Virus record (IMG/VR): IMGVR_UViG_3300010403_000705
Span: 1-64,000 of that record
Direction: 5' to 3' (one strand)
DNA length: 64,000 nt
Shown: piece by piece, positions 40,345-49,763 of the stretch
How the letters are laid out: the number at the start of each line of letters is the position of its first letter
How positions within the stretch are numbered: the stretch's first letter is position 1
Translations under genes and position numbers: made by a program
The notes under the pieces: model-generated
What the model saw: only the letters and a program-made list of their open reading frames with translations
Told to the model about the DNA's origin: nothing
Databases searched by the model: none

Positions 40345-40803
40345 ATGAGTTGGACAGGTACTAAATTTTATTGTATAAGATGCGGCTCCCATCTTGAAGA
40401 GGAACCGCTTCCAAACGAGCCTTTTTACAAGTGGGATTTTGATAATGAACAAGAATTCCAAAGCTATCTGTCTTCTGAAGATTATAGGTATAGTACTTGG
40501 TATCACCATAATTTTGGAGAATCAAATACTTATCATTGTACCAATAATGAATGTCCATGTAAAGAATATAATTCAATAGTATTGTTTCATCCTATAGGCA
40601 ATATTGGTACTCGGGCGGGCGAATCTTTGGCTTTTGGCATTCAGTCTAAAGTTGTAGATAATATTTTTTGCTTTATGTGCGGTAGCATTATCAATAAGGA
40701 CAAAATGTGTTGTATGGGCAAGAAATGTTGTTATACTTTTGATCATTGTTTAAATATTATTACTGTTCCAAAAATAGCTTTCGGAATAGGATTCATTAAA
40801 TGA
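40345..40803 (+). CDS. Cys-rich hypothetical protein
   Basis: Multiple Cys pairs. Confidence 0.6.
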   Translation: MSWTGTKFYCIRCGSHLEEEPLPNEPFYKWDFDNEQEFQSYLSSEDYRYSTWYHHNFGESNTYHCTNNECPCKEYNSIVLFHPIGNIGTRAGESLAFGIQSKVVDNIFCFMCGSIINKDKMCCMGKKCCYTFDHCLNIITVPKIAFGIGFIK

Positions 40804-40817
40804 AAGCGTGTATTTAG

Positions 40818-42059
40818 ATGTTATTAGTTCAAGAATATTTACTAAATCATAGTTTTGGAGAGCTTGCAAAAAATTTTGGAGTATATGCATCCTTTTCTGC
40901 CTCCGGTCATAAATGGTCACTCAATTATGATCAGCTAGAATCTAAAGAAACAGATCCTTTAGCTCAAGAATGCCGTGGATTGATTTTATCAACTATCAAT
41001 GCCACTAATTTAATACTACATGCTACTATTAAAAATGATAAAGTATGTTATGATGATATTATCCCTGGTGAAACGGTTGTATTAGCTTGTCCGTTTTTTA
41101 GGTTTTTCAATTTTGGAATGGCATCGGCAGCTAATATTGATTTTATGGATAGTGAAACTGTTATCCAAACAAAATATGATGGTTCTTTAATTATTGTTTA
41201 TTTTGATCCATTTAAAAATTCTTGGTGTATTGCTACTAGAAGCTCGCCAGATGCTGACATATTAATGGATAATGGAATTTACACTTTTAGAACTTTATTC
41301 GAAAAAGCTGTTTTGGATAAATTCGAATGTTCATTTTCTGACATCACAGGTAGTTTTAATAAAAATAAAACGTATTGTTTTGAATTAATGACTCCTTATA
41401 ATAGAATTGTCGTAGATTATAAAAATAATGATGTAATTTTATTAGGAGTGAGGGATAATTCTTCTTTACAAGAAGAAGAGCCTTGGCGACATCTTTCAAA
41501 TGAAGATGATTTTCATATTGTTGCAAAAGAATACAAATTTAATAAATTAGAAGATATTATTAATTATATTAATTCTCAAGATCCCTCTGAGATGGAAGGG
41601 GTCGTAGTAAGAGATAAATATTTTAATAGAGTCAAAATTAAAAGTGCAGCTTATGTTTTGGCTCATAAAATGAAAGACCATATCTCATCTTCTCCTAGAA
41701 ATTGTTTAGAAGCTATTTTATTAGAGACTGATGATGATATGGTAGCACTATTACCTAATGAGGTGGCTAATAATTTATTAGAAATGAAAGAAAAAGTCAA
41801 AAAATTAATTATCGACTATGATAATTATTACCAAATTTTGCTAAATTGTGCTAATGCTATTAATAAAGGAGATAAGAAGACGTTTGCGTTAATGTTAGTA
41901 AAAAATAGTACATTTTTATGGACTGCTCCATTTTTCCAAATGTTTGATGGTAAAGCGTTCTCTATGAAGGATTTCATTTCTAAAAATAAGAAAAACGGAA
42001 CTTGGTCAAACTCTTTTTTAGATAAAATATTAGAAATTTTAAAATCTCAAAAAACTTGA
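40818..42059 (+). CDS. T4 Rnl1-like RNA ligase
   Basis: ECRGLIL, PFFRFFN, KYDGSL, FELMTPYNRIV, EGVVV, RVKIKS. Confidence 0.9.
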   Translation: MLLVQEYLLNHSFGELAKNFGVYASFSASGHKWSLNYDQLESKETDPLAQECRGLILSTINATNLILHATIKNDKVCYDDIIPGETVVLACPFFRFFNFGMASAANIDFMDSETVIQTKYDGSLIIVYFDPFKNSWCIATRSSPDADILMDNGIYTFRTLFEKAVLDKFECSFSDITGSFNKNKTYCFELMTPYNRIVVDYKNNDVILLGVRDNSSLQEEEPWRHLSNEDDFHIVAKEYKFNKLEDIINYINSQDPSEMEGVVVRDKYFNRVKIKSAAYVLAHKMKDHISSSPRNCLEAILLETDDDMVALLPNEVANNLLEMKEKVKKLIIDYDNYYQILLNCANAINKGDKKTFALMLVKNSTFLWTAPFFQMFDGKAFSMKDFISKNKKNGTWSNSFLDKILEILKSQKT

Positions 42060-42098
42060 TATAAAATATGTCAAGGTGACATATAATTTAAAACAATT

Positions 42099-42494
42099 AT
42101 GGAGGATCATATGTTATCATTATGGAAACAATTTGACTTTAATCAATTAGTAAATGATTTATTCAAAGAACCATTTTTTGACTCTTACTTACAGCCTGGT
42201 ATAGATCATCGAAAATCTGATGATGGTACGTTTATTTCAACAATAGATTTGCCTGGAGTATCAGAAGAAGATGTATCAGTAGAAGTGGCTGAGGGATGCG
42301 TTAGAATTAAAGGTACAAAAAAAACTAAAAACTCTTCATATTGTGTCTTGAAGTCTTTTTCGTTGCCTCAAGAATGCGATACAGATAAACTACAGGCGCA
42401 TCTTAAAGATGGTCTATTAACTTTAACTATGCCTAGCAAAGCATTGCCACCAGCTAGCGAGGTTAAAAGAATTCCTATCAATACTAGTAAGTAA
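42099..42494 (+). CDS. small heat shock protein (Hsp20)
   Basis: DLPGV..EDV.V, FSLP, A.LKDGLLTLTMP. Confidence 0.92.
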   Translation: MEDHMLSLWKQFDFNQLVNDLFKEPFFDSYLQPGIDHRKSDDGTFISTIDLPGVSEEDVSVEVAEGCVRIKGTKKTKNSSYCVLKSFSLPQECDTDKLQAHLKDGLLTLTMPSKALPPASEVKRIPINTSK

Positions 42495-42506
42495 TTATAA
42501 AAAGGT

Positions 42507-42544
42507 TAAATAAGCCGGATACATTAATGTATCCGGCTTATTTA
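42507..42544. terminator. perfect 38-bp palindrome, probable intrinsic terminator
   Basis: TAAATAAGCCGGATACATT/AATGTATCCGGCTTATTTA just after the Hsp20 stop. Confidence 0.75.
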
Positions 42545-42599
42545 TTTAAAGTATTTTCAAAAAGTGCTATAAATTAATATATCTAGTATCGATATATAA

Positions 42600-43331
42600 A
42601 TGAGTATGAACAAATACTTATTTGAAAATGATTATAGCACGGATTCTTTAAGATGGATAAAAAGATGCGAAGAGAAGAAAATAAAATTTTCTCACTTGAT
42701 TTCCAATCTAAATGAATTAGAAAATTTTCAGAATGAAATAATTGCCGAGAGCGATTCTGCATTAGCTTATTTTTTTGCATTAGAATTTCCATATAAAATA
42801 TACAAAATGCAAAAAATTATACTAGATAATAAGGATCCTAAGTATGCGCTGCTGTTCGCACAGAATATAAATGGATGCGATGTAAAAGCGCTACAACAAC
42901 TGGTGATTGAATCTAAAAAAACTAAATATATTTGTAAATTTGCCTGTTTTGTTAAACTAGCAGATAAAAAGGTTTTAGAATCTATCATCGTGAAATCTAA
43001 GAATGTTCAATATGCTCATATGTGGTTGAAACATGTTAGAAACCCCAATGTAAATAAATTTAAAAGTATTATCATTGCTTCTAAAAAACCTAGGTACTTA
43101 TTTGAGCTAGCAAAACATTTAAAAAATCCGAATGAAGTTGCATTGATTGAGAATTTAATTATAGAATCTAAGTCGTTTACATATATGAAGTTATTTGCTG
43201 AAAAAATAAAATTATCTGATATTGACAAGTTAGAACAGGCTGTATTAAATTTTGGCACTGTTGAACAAATAAAAAAGTTTGCTAGCAGTGTAAAAAATTC
43301 AAAAATGAGACAATTTTTGTTAGTATCGTAA
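42600..43331 (+). CDS. alpha-helical repeat protein
   Basis: Repeated KY...FA..I...D...LE..II.SK units. Confidence 0.7.
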   Translation: MSMNKYLFENDYSTDSLRWIKRCEEKKIKFSHLISNLNELENFQNEIIAESDSALAYFFALEFPYKIYKMQKIILDNKDPKYALLFAQNINGCDVKALQQLVIESKKTKYICKFACFVKLADKKVLESIIVKSKNVQYAHMWLKHVRNPNVNKFKSIIIASKKPRYLFELAKHLKNPNEVALIENLIIESKSFTYMKLFAEKIKLSDIDKLEQAVLNFGTVEQIKKFASSVKNSKMRQFLLVS

Positions 43332-43338
43332 GGATTGC

Positions 43339-43887
43339 ATGAATAAAAAAGTTCTAGATTATAGATTTTGTGCCTTAGAAAAAGAGATAGAAAAACAATC
43401 CAATTTGTTACAGGAAATGCTGATAGTGCTGCAAAAATATCCAGATGCGGAATTGGCATTTGCAAATTATGCACCAGAGGGCACTCCTGGGGTCTTCTCA
43501 GCATCCTCTATAAAAAACGAAGATAATTTATTCTTAAAATTTTGGGGAAATTGGTATGAATTACAGTTTCAGTTTTATACAGAGATTGTTTGTAACTCTT
43601 CAAATATAACAGTATATGGTAAACCTATTAATTTAAATTTATGGCAAGTACCTCACTCTATATACATAATAAAAAACCCATGTATTGTTTGGAATAATAT
43701 CGATAAAATTTTACAAGATTTAGAATATGATGAAAAATACTTGAAAGTCATCTATGCTGAATTAATTCTTTCAATGTCAAAAAAAGCGGAGATAAGAAAT
43801 CCTTTCATTAATGATAAGTTAAATATAACAATTTCCAATAAAGAAGACTTACCTAAATATATAATTAATTATTTACCATTTATTTAA
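43339..43887 (+). CDS. hypothetical protein, (Y/F)PDA subfamily, C-terminal F-x tail
   Basis: QKYPDA; ends LPKYIINYLPFI. Confidence 0.7.
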   Translation: MNKKVLDYRFCALEKEIEKQSNLLQEMLIVLQKYPDAELAFANYAPEGTPGVFSASSIKNEDNLFLKFWGNWYELQFQFYTEIVCNSSNITVYGKPINLNLWQVPHSIYIIKNPCIVWNNIDKILQDLEYDEKYLKVIYAELILSMSKKAEIRNPFINDKLNITISNKEDLPKYIINYLPFI

Positions 43888-43895
43888 TATCAGCT

Positions 43896-44396
43896 ATGAA
43901 GAAAACCAATATTACCGATTACATTAATGGCTATACAGACATATTAAATACTTTGAGTTTTTGCCAGAAATTATTTCCAGATGCAGAAGCCACAATTGAT
44001 AAAAGTAAAATTACTATATATTCTAAACAAGTAAACTTAACTACTAGTAATCTTCATTTTGAGAAAAGAGAATTATTGGGTACGTATTCAAGCGGTGTTG
44101 AGTGTAAATTTATACACGAAGCGTCTCCTTTTGAATCTTTTATTTTAGAAGAAAAAAATGTGATTGTTTACGGCACGCCTCTTATACCATTATTTATACA
44201 TTCAGAAGAATGCCAACACTTATATTTCTTAAATTATCTAGATATAATTAGTAAGTATTATACGAATAATAAAATTCTTATTAACAAATGTAATTCTTAT
44301 ATTATTGAATTTATTAGTAAAATTATATACGAAAATAAATCGATTAATACAACATATTTACCAGAACATCTTAGAAAATTACTTATTTTCATGTGA
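43896..44396 (+). CDS. hypothetical protein, (Y/F)PDA subfamily, C-terminal F-x tail
   Basis: KLFPDA..SKQVN; ends LPEHLRKLLIFM. Confidence 0.7.
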   Translation: MKKTNITDYINGYTDILNTLSFCQKLFPDAEATIDKSKITIYSKQVNLTTSNLHFEKRELLGTYSSGVECKFIHEASPFESFILEEKNVIVYGTPLIPLFIHSEECQHLYFLNYLDIISKYYTNNKILINKCNSYIIEFISKIIYENKSINTTYLPEHLRKLLIFM

Positions 44397-44405
44397 GATT
44401 TAATT

Positions 44406-45062
44406 ATGGATTCGGTTAAATACAATAGAACTTTTCATTTGCCATGGAGCAAAGGTGCAACCAACGATGATAAAATATCTACAAATATTTTTAAATTAAT
44501 TGGGGTACCAATTATAATTACAGAAAAAATGGACGGTAGCAATACTTCATTAGAAAAAGAAGGATGTTTTGCGCGCACTCATTCTGGTTCTCCCTCTCAT
44601 CCTTCCTTCGATGGATTAAAATCACTGCATGCATCTTTAAGTTGGAAAATTCCAAACGGAATTCAATTATTTGGAGAATGGTGCTTTGCGGTACACTCCA
44701 TTAAATACGAAAAATTGCCGAACTATTTTTTGTTATTTAATGTACGAGATTTAGTTACCATGAAATGGTTAAGTTGGGATGAAGTAGAATTATGGGCAGA
44801 AGAAATTGGCGTATTCACTGTACCTGTTTTATTTGCGGGAATTGTTTCGTCAGAGAAAGAATTGAAAGAAATTATTGAATTATTAATGATAGAACCGTCT
44901 ATTTATGGAGATATAAGAGAAGGTGTAGTTGTTAGAGTTCAAGATTCTTTTGATGACAAAGATTTTTCTTCTAATGTTATGAAATTTGTACGAGCAAATC
45001 ACGTACAAACCACAGAGCATTGGAAAAATCAAGCAATCGTCAAGAACCAATTGTCTAAATAA
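44406..45062 (+). CDS. RNA ligase (short Rnl2-like nucleotidyltransferase domain)
   Basis: KYNRTFHLPWS, TEKMDGSN, FGEW, EGVVVR, KFVRANH. Confidence 0.88.
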   Translation: MDSVKYNRTFHLPWSKGATNDDKISTNIFKLIGVPIIITEKMDGSNTSLEKEGCFARTHSGSPSHPSFDGLKSLHASLSWKIPNGIQLFGEWCFAVHSIKYEKLPNYFLLFNVRDLVTMKWLSWDEVELWAEEIGVFTVPVLFAGIVSSEKELKEIIELLMIEPSIYGDIREGVVVRVQDSFDDKDFSSNVMKFVRANHVQTTEHWKNQAIVKNQLSK

Positions 45063-45138
45063 GTTAGATTATTGGTACCCCTGAATATCTGTGAATATCA
45101 AGATATTGAATAACGAGGGGAATAACGAAGGATGTTAT

Positions 45139-45375
45139 ATGAGTATGCGTAGATTTCACTTCGAAAGATTGGAAGATGCGTCGGGTATAAGTGGTTGCGG
45201 TAAAGTAGCAGAAGGTGTTATATTTTCCAATGGCAAGGTTGTTTTAGAATGGTTAAGTAATCATGCCAGCACTAACCTGTATGATAGTATTGATGACGTT
45301 GAATATATTCATGGGCATCAAGGAAGAACTAAAATTGTTTTTGACGACCCGGAAGATAAGAAAGGTGGCAATTGA
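45139..45375 (+). CDS. hypothetical protein
   Basis: R.ED.SG.SG.G.VAEGV.F..G...W...HGH.G.T; start moved to 45139. Confidence 0.75.
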   Translation: MSMRRFHFERLEDASGISGCGKVAEGVIFSNGKVVLEWLSNHASTNLYDSIDDVEYIHGHQGRTKIVFDDPEDKKGGN

Positions 45376-45719
45376 TTTATACTAACATACAATTAACTCA
45401 GTTGGTTCATAATTCTCCAAAAGAACTATATAAAATATTAATTAACCCCAATACCGATGTAAAAATATTGGTAATTGGGGTTGAACTTTTATGTGGAGAA
45501 ATTTCGGACGAATCATTAGTATTACCTATATTAAGAATATTACTAAAACACGTCAATGCATTAGTGCGCGAAAGTGCTATGATTGGTGTGACAGATTTTT
45601 ATAAAAACAAAAAACCACCGTATGACCTTTTTGAAAGGTTAAAATTTATATCAACTACTGATCCATCGCCAAATTTGAGATTTTATGCTAAAGACATATT
45701 AGAGAATATGATGTCTTAA
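45372..45719 (+). CDS. HEAT-repeat-like protein
   Basis: LLKHVNALVRESA..G; DPSPNLR..A. Confidence 0.65.
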   Translation: MIYTNIQLTQLVHNSPKELYKILINPNTDVKILVIGVELLCGEISDESLVLPILRILLKHVNALVRESAMIGVTDFYKNKKPPYDLFERLKFISTTDPSPNLRFYAKDILENMMS

Positions 45720-45825
45720 CATATATAATCTGTGAAAAATTGTTCGATTTTTATCTATCTCGCTATATTAATAATTTAATCAGGTATTCCAGTGTTGTTA
45801 TAATATATTTATGAGAAGGTAAGAT

Positions 45826-46119
45826 ATGAGAATATTTGGTAATCAGTCTGCAATTATTGAAATTTTAAGATTGTTAGACAAAAATTTCAATAACCCATGG
45901 GGATGCCATAAATGCAAAAATTTATCATTTGAGGATCAAGAGAATGAAAATGATTGTAATAGTATGATTTGCGATCGTTTTAATAAAAAATTGGAAAAAA
46001 TTTGTGGTACATATAATTACTTGTTAGAAATAGAATATGATGGTGAAAATATAAAATACACTAAAATTCTTTATAAAGATTATCCTAATAGTAATATCTT
46101 AAGTGGCACTGTAAGATGA
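45826..46119 (+). CDS. hypothetical protein
   Basis: 97 aa, Cys-containing. Confidence 0.55.
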   Translation: MRIFGNQSAIIEILRLLDKNFNNPWGCHKCKNLSFEDQENENDCNSMICDRFNKKLEKICGTYNYLLEIEYDGENIKYTKILYKDYPNSNILSGTVR

Positions 46120-46982
46120 TTAATATTTCTTTTGATATGGAAACCGCCGATCCAGATGATGTGTTCACTTTATGTATACTATCAAATCATCCGAAGGTTA
46201 GTTTAAAATCAGTTACTGTAACTCCTGGATCTATGTACCAAATTGGTTTAGTTAAGTATATACTTAAAAAACTTGGTAAAAATGTACCTGTAGGTTCGAA
46301 AAACATAAATCATAATAAACAATGTGTATCTGAATTTCACTATAATTGGCTAGGAAACATTGGTCCAACTGATTCAGATGGTAAAGGCGATGAAATATTA
46401 TATGATGTTATATGTAAATATCCAGATGTAACTATTGTATGTGGAGCATCTTTAGGTAACATTGCTCAACTTCTAGATAAAAATGTTATTATAAATAAAT
46501 TGGTTGTACAAGGTGGTTTTGCGGGTGATAATGTTATGCCTCCCGAATTAGTTTTAGAAAAGTTTAAAGGCAGACTTACATGCCCTACATTCAACCTTAA
46601 TGGGGATGTTAAAGCGGCGCTTAAAATACTAGCTTCAGATAAAATCAAAGAAAAACTTTTTGTATCTAAAAATGTGTGTAATGCTGTTATTTATGATCAA
46701 GCAATGCATGAATTTATGCAACCATATAAAAACAATAATATAGGACTTACTATGTTAGTTGATGGTATGTCTTTTTATCTTGATAAGAAACCAAATGGTA
46801 AAGTTTTCCACGATCCATTAGCAGCTTGTGTCGCAATAGATAAGAATATTTGTAAGTTTGAAACTGTAGAATTATATAGAGAAAAGGGAGAGTGGGGATC
46901 AAGATACTCTAGTAATTCTAATGCTTCCATATATATTCAAGTGGATATGGATAGATTCAAAAAAACTATAATAGGGCAATAA
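46116..46982 (+). CDS. nucleoside hydrolase (IU-NH family)
   Basis: DMETADPDD, QGG, FNL.GD, HDPLAA. Confidence 0.85.
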   Translation: MINISFDMETADPDDVFTLCILSNHPKVSLKSVTVTPGSMYQIGLVKYILKKLGKNVPVGSKNINHNKQCVSEFHYNWLGNIGPTDSDGKGDEILYDVICKYPDVTIVCGASLGNIAQLLDKNVIINKLVVQGGFAGDNVMPPELVLEKFKGRLTCPTFNLNGDVKAALKILASDKIKEKLFVSKNVCNAVIYDQAMHEFMQPYKNNNIGLTMLVDGMSFYLDKKPNGKVFHDPLAACVAIDKNICKFETVELYREKGEWGSRYSSNSNASIYIQVDMDRFKKTIIGQ

Positions 46983-47150
46983 ATGAAATTACTAAAATGT
47001 AAATTTTGTGCTGGAGAAATAGATATCATTGGCAACGAAAAAGCTATAAGTAAAAAAATCAAATGTCGTAAGTGTGGATTTACTAATATGGATGAACAAA
47101 AATTTCCAGAAATACTAGTAATTAGGAAAAGGAAATTTGATAATGCCTAA
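46983..47150 (+). CDS. small zinc-ribbon protein (55 aa, not in ORF track)
   Basis: MKLLKCKFCAG...KCRKCGF. Confidence 0.65.
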   Translation: MKLLKCKFCAGEIDIIGNEKAISKKIKCRKCGFTNMDEQKFPEILVIRKRKFDNA

Positions 47151-47667
47151 AATCTCACATTCTATTGTAGAGTCATTAGATATTTTTAATAAAAAAATAG
47201 AAGATATAGAATATAATATTGCTAAATGTCTATTTATACAATCTAAATTTCCTGATGCTAAAGTTTCTTTAATTAAAAATGCTAAGAATGAAGATATTTT
47301 GAAATTTTCGTCTAAACTTGTCAATAATGATTATTCAAAATATGAATTTAAAAAATCTAGTTACTCTTTAACTATTAAAGTATATACAGAATTAGAATTT
47401 TTACATAATAACAAAAATGAAGTTATAAGGATTAATTCATCACCCGAAACTTGCAGATTAGCTCGTACTGGTTGGTCTCATAAAACACGCAAGGGCATTA
47501 TTAAATTTTCTAGATTCTCTTTTAATATGAAAAAAAATAATTTTAAAGACGATATATTTAATAATTGTCGTTCACAAATAATGCAATTTATCCAGGCACA
47601 TGCTGGATATGATTTAGATACCAGACATTTAGAGCCAAGATTAAAAAAACTTTTGTTGTTTACATAA
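47143..47667 (+). CDS. hypothetical protein, (Y/F)PDA subfamily, C-terminal F-x tail
   Basis: SKFPDA..SKLVN; ends LEPRLKKLLLFT. Confidence 0.7.
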   Translation: MPKISHSIVESLDIFNKKIEDIEYNIAKCLFIQSKFPDAKVSLIKNAKNEDILKFSSKLVNNDYSKYEFKKSSYSLTIKVYTELEFLHNNKNEVIRINSSPETCRLARTGWSHKTRKGIIKFSRFSFNMKKNNFKDDIFNNCRSQIMQFIQAHAGYDLDTRHLEPRLKKLLLFT

Positions 47668-47676
47668 CATAGATTT

Positions 47677-47883
47677 ATGATTGCTGATTTGTTAAAATAT
47701 AACATAGAATTAAGACCAACAGTTTTGACAATTGATATAGCAGTAAATTTATACTATAAAAATATATTTGTAGGTACTTATTGGTACTATAGTAAAGATA
47801 TTTGTACCAATATCACTGGTATACAACAAAATGTATCTATAAATGATTTTATTAAAATAATAAAACTTAAAGCTTTTTGTTGA
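47677..47883 (+). CDS. hypothetical protein with C-terminal F-x tail
   Basis: Ends FIKIIKLKAFC. Confidence 0.65.
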   Translation: MIADLLKYNIELRPTVLTIDIAVNLYYKNIFVGTYWYYSKDICTNITGIQQNVSINDFIKIIKLKAFC

Positions 47884-47891
47884 GTTAGCAA

Positions 47892-48398
47892 ATGCCCAAA
47901 ATATTAAATAGAGATAATGAAATTAAAAAACTAGAAAATAATCTTACTTTGGTTAAATTAGTAAAAGAACATTTTTCTAACTATCAATTAAAATTACATA
48001 ATGAAAATTATGTGTTTGTAGACAAATCAGTCAACAAATTATTTAATTCGTTTTCCATATTGGAAACTTCTTTTAATATTTTACCACCTAGACTAAGATT
48101 AGAAGTAACATATAATATTCCTTTAGCAAACTCCACTAAATTTATTAAAGTAGAGAGTACTCCCAAATCTTGTAAATTATTAGATGTATTGACAAAAAAT
48201 AATAATCCTTTATTGTCTCCTGATATAATACTACGATATCATAAACCAATATTTAAATCAACAGACAAAGAATTGCAACATACTTTAATGACTAGTTGCA
48301 ATTTACAAATTATCAAAATAATAAAAAACTATCCGCACGCAAAATTAGATTTATCATCTTTTCCTAATACTATTAAAAAATTATTGGCATTTATATGA
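47892..48398 (+). CDS. hypothetical protein, paralog of 47143..47667, C-terminal F-x tail
   Basis: KSVN, STPKSCKL, C..QI; ends FPNTIKKLLAFI. Confidence 0.7.
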   Translation: MPKILNRDNEIKKLENNLTLVKLVKEHFSNYQLKLHNENYVFVDKSVNKLFNSFSILETSFNILPPRLRLEVTYNIPLANSTKFIKVESTPKSCKLLDVLTKNNNPLLSPDIILRYHKPIFKSTDKELQHTLMTSCNLQIIKIIKNYPHAKLDLSSFPNTIKKLLAFI

Positions 48399-48456
48399 TG
48401 TATATATTAAAATAATGTGGTATATCATTATAGTAATAGATTTTTTGGAGTAAATT

Positions 48457-49242
48457 ATGCACTATTTATCTAGTTGTTCGATCGTAAAAGATGAGTTTCC
48501 GTATATTTTAGAATTCTACAAAATACATAAACATTTAGGAGTAGAGTTTTTTTTATTTTTTGATCGTTCTACTGAGGGACCACCATTACAAAATTTGTTT
48601 AAAAACTTTGTAGATGTAGAGGTAATTAATTTTCCCGAGCCCAATCGTCATGCTCATGCCTGGAGAGACGGGGTTAAATATTTTAAAGGCAAATCACGTT
48701 GGGTACAATTTATTGATATTGATCAAGTAACTGTTCCATTAAAAACTAATGATATAAAAATTATGTTACAAAATTATGAACCATTTTCAGCTTTAGGATT
48801 AAATTGGCATAGTTTTGGTTCTAATAATAGAGAAGTTGAACCACAAAATACTGTTTCGACATATGAAGTTTATACAAAAAGAGCTATAGGAGATACTCCC
48901 ATAAATTCTCACATACAGTCTATTGTACAGGTAGAAATGGCTGAATCAGAAATTTGGAGAGATCCACATCATCCTATATTAAAATCTGGTAATCACCAAG
49001 TAAATGAACATAAACAAACTTTTTTTGGACCATTCAATAAACCAATTACTCAAGACGTTGGTTTTATAGCTCATTATTATACGCGCAGTAGAGAATATTG
49101 GTCTAAAAAAATCTCGAAAATGAGAGCTGATACTGGGACATCTGGAGGTTCATTGTTAGATTTTGACCATCATCAATCCTATATGAATACGGTAGAAGAT
49201 TTAACAGTAAAAAATATCTGGGAATCTTGTACAGATAAATGA
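48457..49242 (+). CDS. GT-A glycosyltransferase (GT92/GT2-like)
   Basis: IVKDE.PYI.EF...H..LGV, FIDID, LNW..FGS, IAHYYTRS. Confidence 0.85.
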   Translation: MHYLSSCSIVKDEFPYILEFYKIHKHLGVEFFLFFDRSTEGPPLQNLFKNFVDVEVINFPEPNRHAHAWRDGVKYFKGKSRWVQFIDIDQVTVPLKTNDIKIMLQNYEPFSALGLNWHSFGSNNREVEPQNTVSTYEVYTKRAIGDTPINSHIQSIVQVEMAESEIWRDPHHPILKSGNHQVNEHKQTFFGPFNKPITQDVGFIAHYYTRSREYWSKKISKMRADTGTSGGSLLDFDHHQSYMNTVEDLTVKNIWESCTDK

Positions 49243-49703
49243 TATTTATAGCACATAGAGGAAATACTGCGGGTCCTAGTACTCAAGAAAACAATCCATC
49301 ATATATTTTAACAGCCTTAGCTATGGGTTTTAATGTAGAAATTGATGTATGGTTTGTTGATGGTAAATTTGTCTTGGGACATGATAGCCCTCAATATGAA
49401 ATACAAAAATCATTTTTAGTAAATCCATATTTCTGGCATCATGCTAAAAATATAGATGCTCTTTTTCAATTAAATAGATTACATCCCAATTATTTAATAA
49501 ATTGTTTTTTTCATGATTCCGACGAATGCGTGATAACTTCTGGTGGATGGCTTTGGACTTATCCTGGTAAACAATTAACTACTGACTCTATAGCGGTGAT
49601 GCCAGAAAGAATAAAAGAACAATATAATTTATCTCAGGCATATGGAATATGTTCTGATTACGTAATAGAATATTCTAATAATTTAAACTTTAAATTATCA
49701 TAG
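49239..49703 (+). CDS. GDPD/PLC-like phosphodiesterase fold protein
   Basis: IAHRGN, EN, VEIDVW, LGHD, GICSDY. Confidence 0.8.
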   Translation: MIFIAHRGNTAGPSTQENNPSYILTALAMGFNVEIDVWFVDGKFVLGHDSPQYEIQKSFLVNPYFWHHAKNIDALFQLNRLHPNYLINCFFHDSDECVITSGGWLWTYPGKQLTTDSIAVMPERIKEQYNLSQAYGICSDYVIEYSNNLNFKLS

Positions 49704-49706
49704 TTT

Positions 49707-49735
49707 TTGACTAGGCATATAGTGGTCTTTATACT
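49707..49735 (+). promoter_or_regulatory. sigma70-like promoter
   Basis: TTGACT-N17-TATACT. Confidence 0.55.
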
Positions 49736-49763
49736 AGAACTCCGTATAATATAGGACAGCGAG

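Noticed and set aside
45108-45132. AATAACGAGGGG/AATAACGAAGGA tandem and the 18-bp duplication near 9204
   Set aside because: Two-copy micro-duplications with no further structure.
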